Assembly: GCA_003427395.1 (NCBI GenBank)
Contig: BFEA01000004.1
Location: 3,690,334 to 3,754,333 of the forward strand
Direction: 5' to 3'
Length of the DNA: 64,000 nucleotides
Source of the DNA: Chara braunii
Lineage: Eukaryota; Plantae; Charophyceae
Position numbers and translations under genes: made by a program
Part shown: positions 61,846-64,000 of the stretch, piece after piece
Numbering within the stretch: the stretch's first letter is position 1
How the letters are laid out: each line of letters opens with the position of its first letter
The notes under the pieces: model-generated
What the model was told of the DNA's origin: nothing
Databases searched by the model: none
What the model saw: only the letters and a program-made list of their open reading frames with translations

Positions 61846-62869
61846 CTGCCACCATCAGTCATAGATAACTTAGAAAAACCCGACTGCAGCATCAAACTGC
61901 GAAGACTGTCCCACACCGTTAAACAAACATCACAAGCACACTGACCGCACAATCTTTTTTCTCGATACCCAAAAGACGCTGGCACATAACAACGTAACAA
62001 AGGCATAGCATAACAATCTCTTTTCTGGATACCCAAAAGACGCTGGCACATAACAACGTAACAAAGGCATAGCATAACCGAGGAAACAAAAAAAACACAG
62101 CCCAGAAAAGATACATTGCTACCTCCCCTCCCTGACGATCCCCTTCGGTTCCAGCGCATGTAGAATCACTGACTCGAATCCACAAAAACCAGCGGAAATC
62201 TCGTTTACAAGCCACCTTCCTTGTCCTAACGATTTAACTTTTCAAAGTCCGTAATAATCAAAAGCATGTCACATCAAGAAGCCAATGAGCGCTAAAACAC
62301 ACTGTCCATATCCCCCATAAAACTTTACCCCCACCATTAACAGAAGAGATAGAGATATTCGTTTAGCCTCGGACACTGCACTCACAAACTGGCGAGAACA
62401 CTGTGCAACGACGCCAAAACACGACACTCCCAGTCGCTTTGCATTGTGAATCAAATCTCAATATACCCGATAAGGAAAATTAACTACCAGCAACCTCACC
62501 TCAAGCACTTCGATTTCCTGTGGGAGTTACAGTCCCGACAAACCTCAGCCAGGCAGGGAGCTCAGGGATTGAGACGGAGGAATCTCAGTACCCATTAGTT
62601 CTTATGCCACAGCTCGGGGATATCAACAAAAGAGAAAGCACAATGCTGTTCTCTGTCAGTGAGGGCAGTAGTGTACGGGACGTCAGCCAAATTAGAAACG
62701 CCAGCAGCACCAAACAGGTCCCAGAAACTTCTGCACGACACCAACATGTCGATTGCTTTCACAACAGAACAGATAGTGCCACATCATCCATTCTTTTCAC
62801 AGCCTGCATCCCACATCCGTTTTCTTATCGCACAGAAGCTTCCTGGAGTTCCCCAACTTGGAGTGGCTA

Positions 62870-62977
62870 CCGTCTTCCACCGAACACAACGCACCCTCAT
62901 TTTGGCTATATTATCTGGCCGGAAATATAGCTTGTATACATTCATTTTTAGGGTGCGTTATGTTCGGGGGAAGAGGG
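62870..62977. mobile_element. MITE with TA TSD in a Pumilio intron
   Basis: TA|CCGTCTTCCACCGAACACAACGCACCCT...AGGGTGCGTTATGTTCGGGGGAAGAGGG|TA. Confidence 0.75.
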
Positions 62978-63179
62978 TAGCTCGGGGTGCTTCAGTCAAG
63001 AATCGGATCGCGTTTCTGGAGGCCCCTCCCGAAGGCCCTCCTTCACAGCCGTCATCGGATCCGCATTAACACAACAAAATTGATTCCAGTACGCAAAATC
63101 CGAACCGAATAACACACGGCAAAAAGCACACGTACAGCAATATGGACAATCGACCTCCGTGTAACAAAGCGTCACTCAC

Positions 63180-63392
63180 CTGTATTACACGGCACCCATA
63201 GGGATGAGTCGACAAGCCAACAACTTGGCCATAGAAAGCCTGAACAATGAATTGAATGCGATCCGCCGGAACACATTCTATGCATTTTTGGATGACGTGA
63301 TTTCCATTCTGATCCCGGACGCATCTCATCACGTGACCATCAAGTTCCGCCACCAACATTGTCTGTTGCTCCACATCAACCACCTCCAATGC
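63180..63392 (-). CDS. PUM: Pumilio/PUF RNA-binding protein (APUM1-6-like), internal exon: end of PUF repeat 3, repeat 4 and most of repeat 5
   Basis: Translates [40 protein letters not shown]...[12 protein letters not shown]. 213 nt, phase 0, flanked by tttgcag acceptor and GTGAGT donor. Upstream exons lie beyond the window. Confidence 0.96.
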
Positions 63393-64000
63393 CTGCAAAT
63401 AGAACACGGCATAGCAAAGTCCGAAGGAATTTCAATTCCGTGAAAGCTACAAGCACAACCATATCGCAGCTAGCAAGACAACCCCTGTAAAAGGAAGATA
63501 AAAAACCAGCAATCGAGCACGATCTTATCTACATCTTGGCATCCACGTTCCCTCCATCAGTCCACAAAGAATAAAATTTCGTCAAAATAGCCCTTCAAAA
63601 GAGGGGATGACTGAAGCACGACTAAGACGGACAATCGCACCGCTGCAGGGAGCGAAAGTTGTCTGGGACAGCCCCGTCGGGGGGAGATCAAAGGAACACA
63701 CAAGGGGCACCCGCCACGACAAGGGGAGGAGCAGCCTCATAGGAGAACCTTTCTCAAGGGGGAGATCAGCGCTCAGCGGAAGAGCAGCACTGCGAGGGAG
63801 AGCAGCAACGGGGAGCGAACCGCCGAGCGAGGGCAGCACGTATGGGCAGAGCGGCGCCGAGGGCAGGGCCAGCGTCTACAGGCAGAGAAGAGAAGCACCT
63901 AGGGGAAGTGCAGCGCTGACGGGAGCACCAACAAAGAACAAGGCAGACACCATGACACGGCGAAAAGGGAAGGACAAGGGCAACGGAGTGAAAAGGCAAA

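Overview
This is eukaryotic, transposon-rich draft-assembly sequence with several N gaps. The style of the Ty3/Gypsy accessory ORFs and the plant-type Pumilio suggest a streptophyte, possibly a Chara-like alga; that is inference, not proven. The only clear host gene is the 3' half of a Pumilio/PUF RNA-binding protein on the minus strand: four exons with canonical AG/GT boundaries at 63392-63180, 61845-61735, 57169-56975 and 53827-53653, encoding the end of PUF repeat 3 and repeats 4-8. The rest is decayed mobile DNA. (1) A ~13 kb Ty3/Gypsy element: gag-PR-RT-RH-INT on the minus strand at ~22790-16570, with the INT C-terminus and extra ORFs on the plus strand at ~9480-16300, probably via an internal inversion. 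(2) A chromovirus INT-chromodomain fragment. (3) A 5'-truncated L1/Tx1-type LINE. (4) Two poly(A)-tailed repeat families. (5) Two tRNA-derived SINEs. (6) Many MITEs with TA, TAA/TCA/AAT and TTAA target duplications. (7) A degenerate 18S rDNA fragment. The most notable observation is a complete C4-H-C3 PHD-finger pattern in frame within the Gypsy pol, between RNase H and integrase. Also notable are a double-hairpin 3'-terminal motif with one compensatory base change, shared by otherwise different retroposons, and a Nextera mate-pair junction adapter left in the assembly at 31066-31097.
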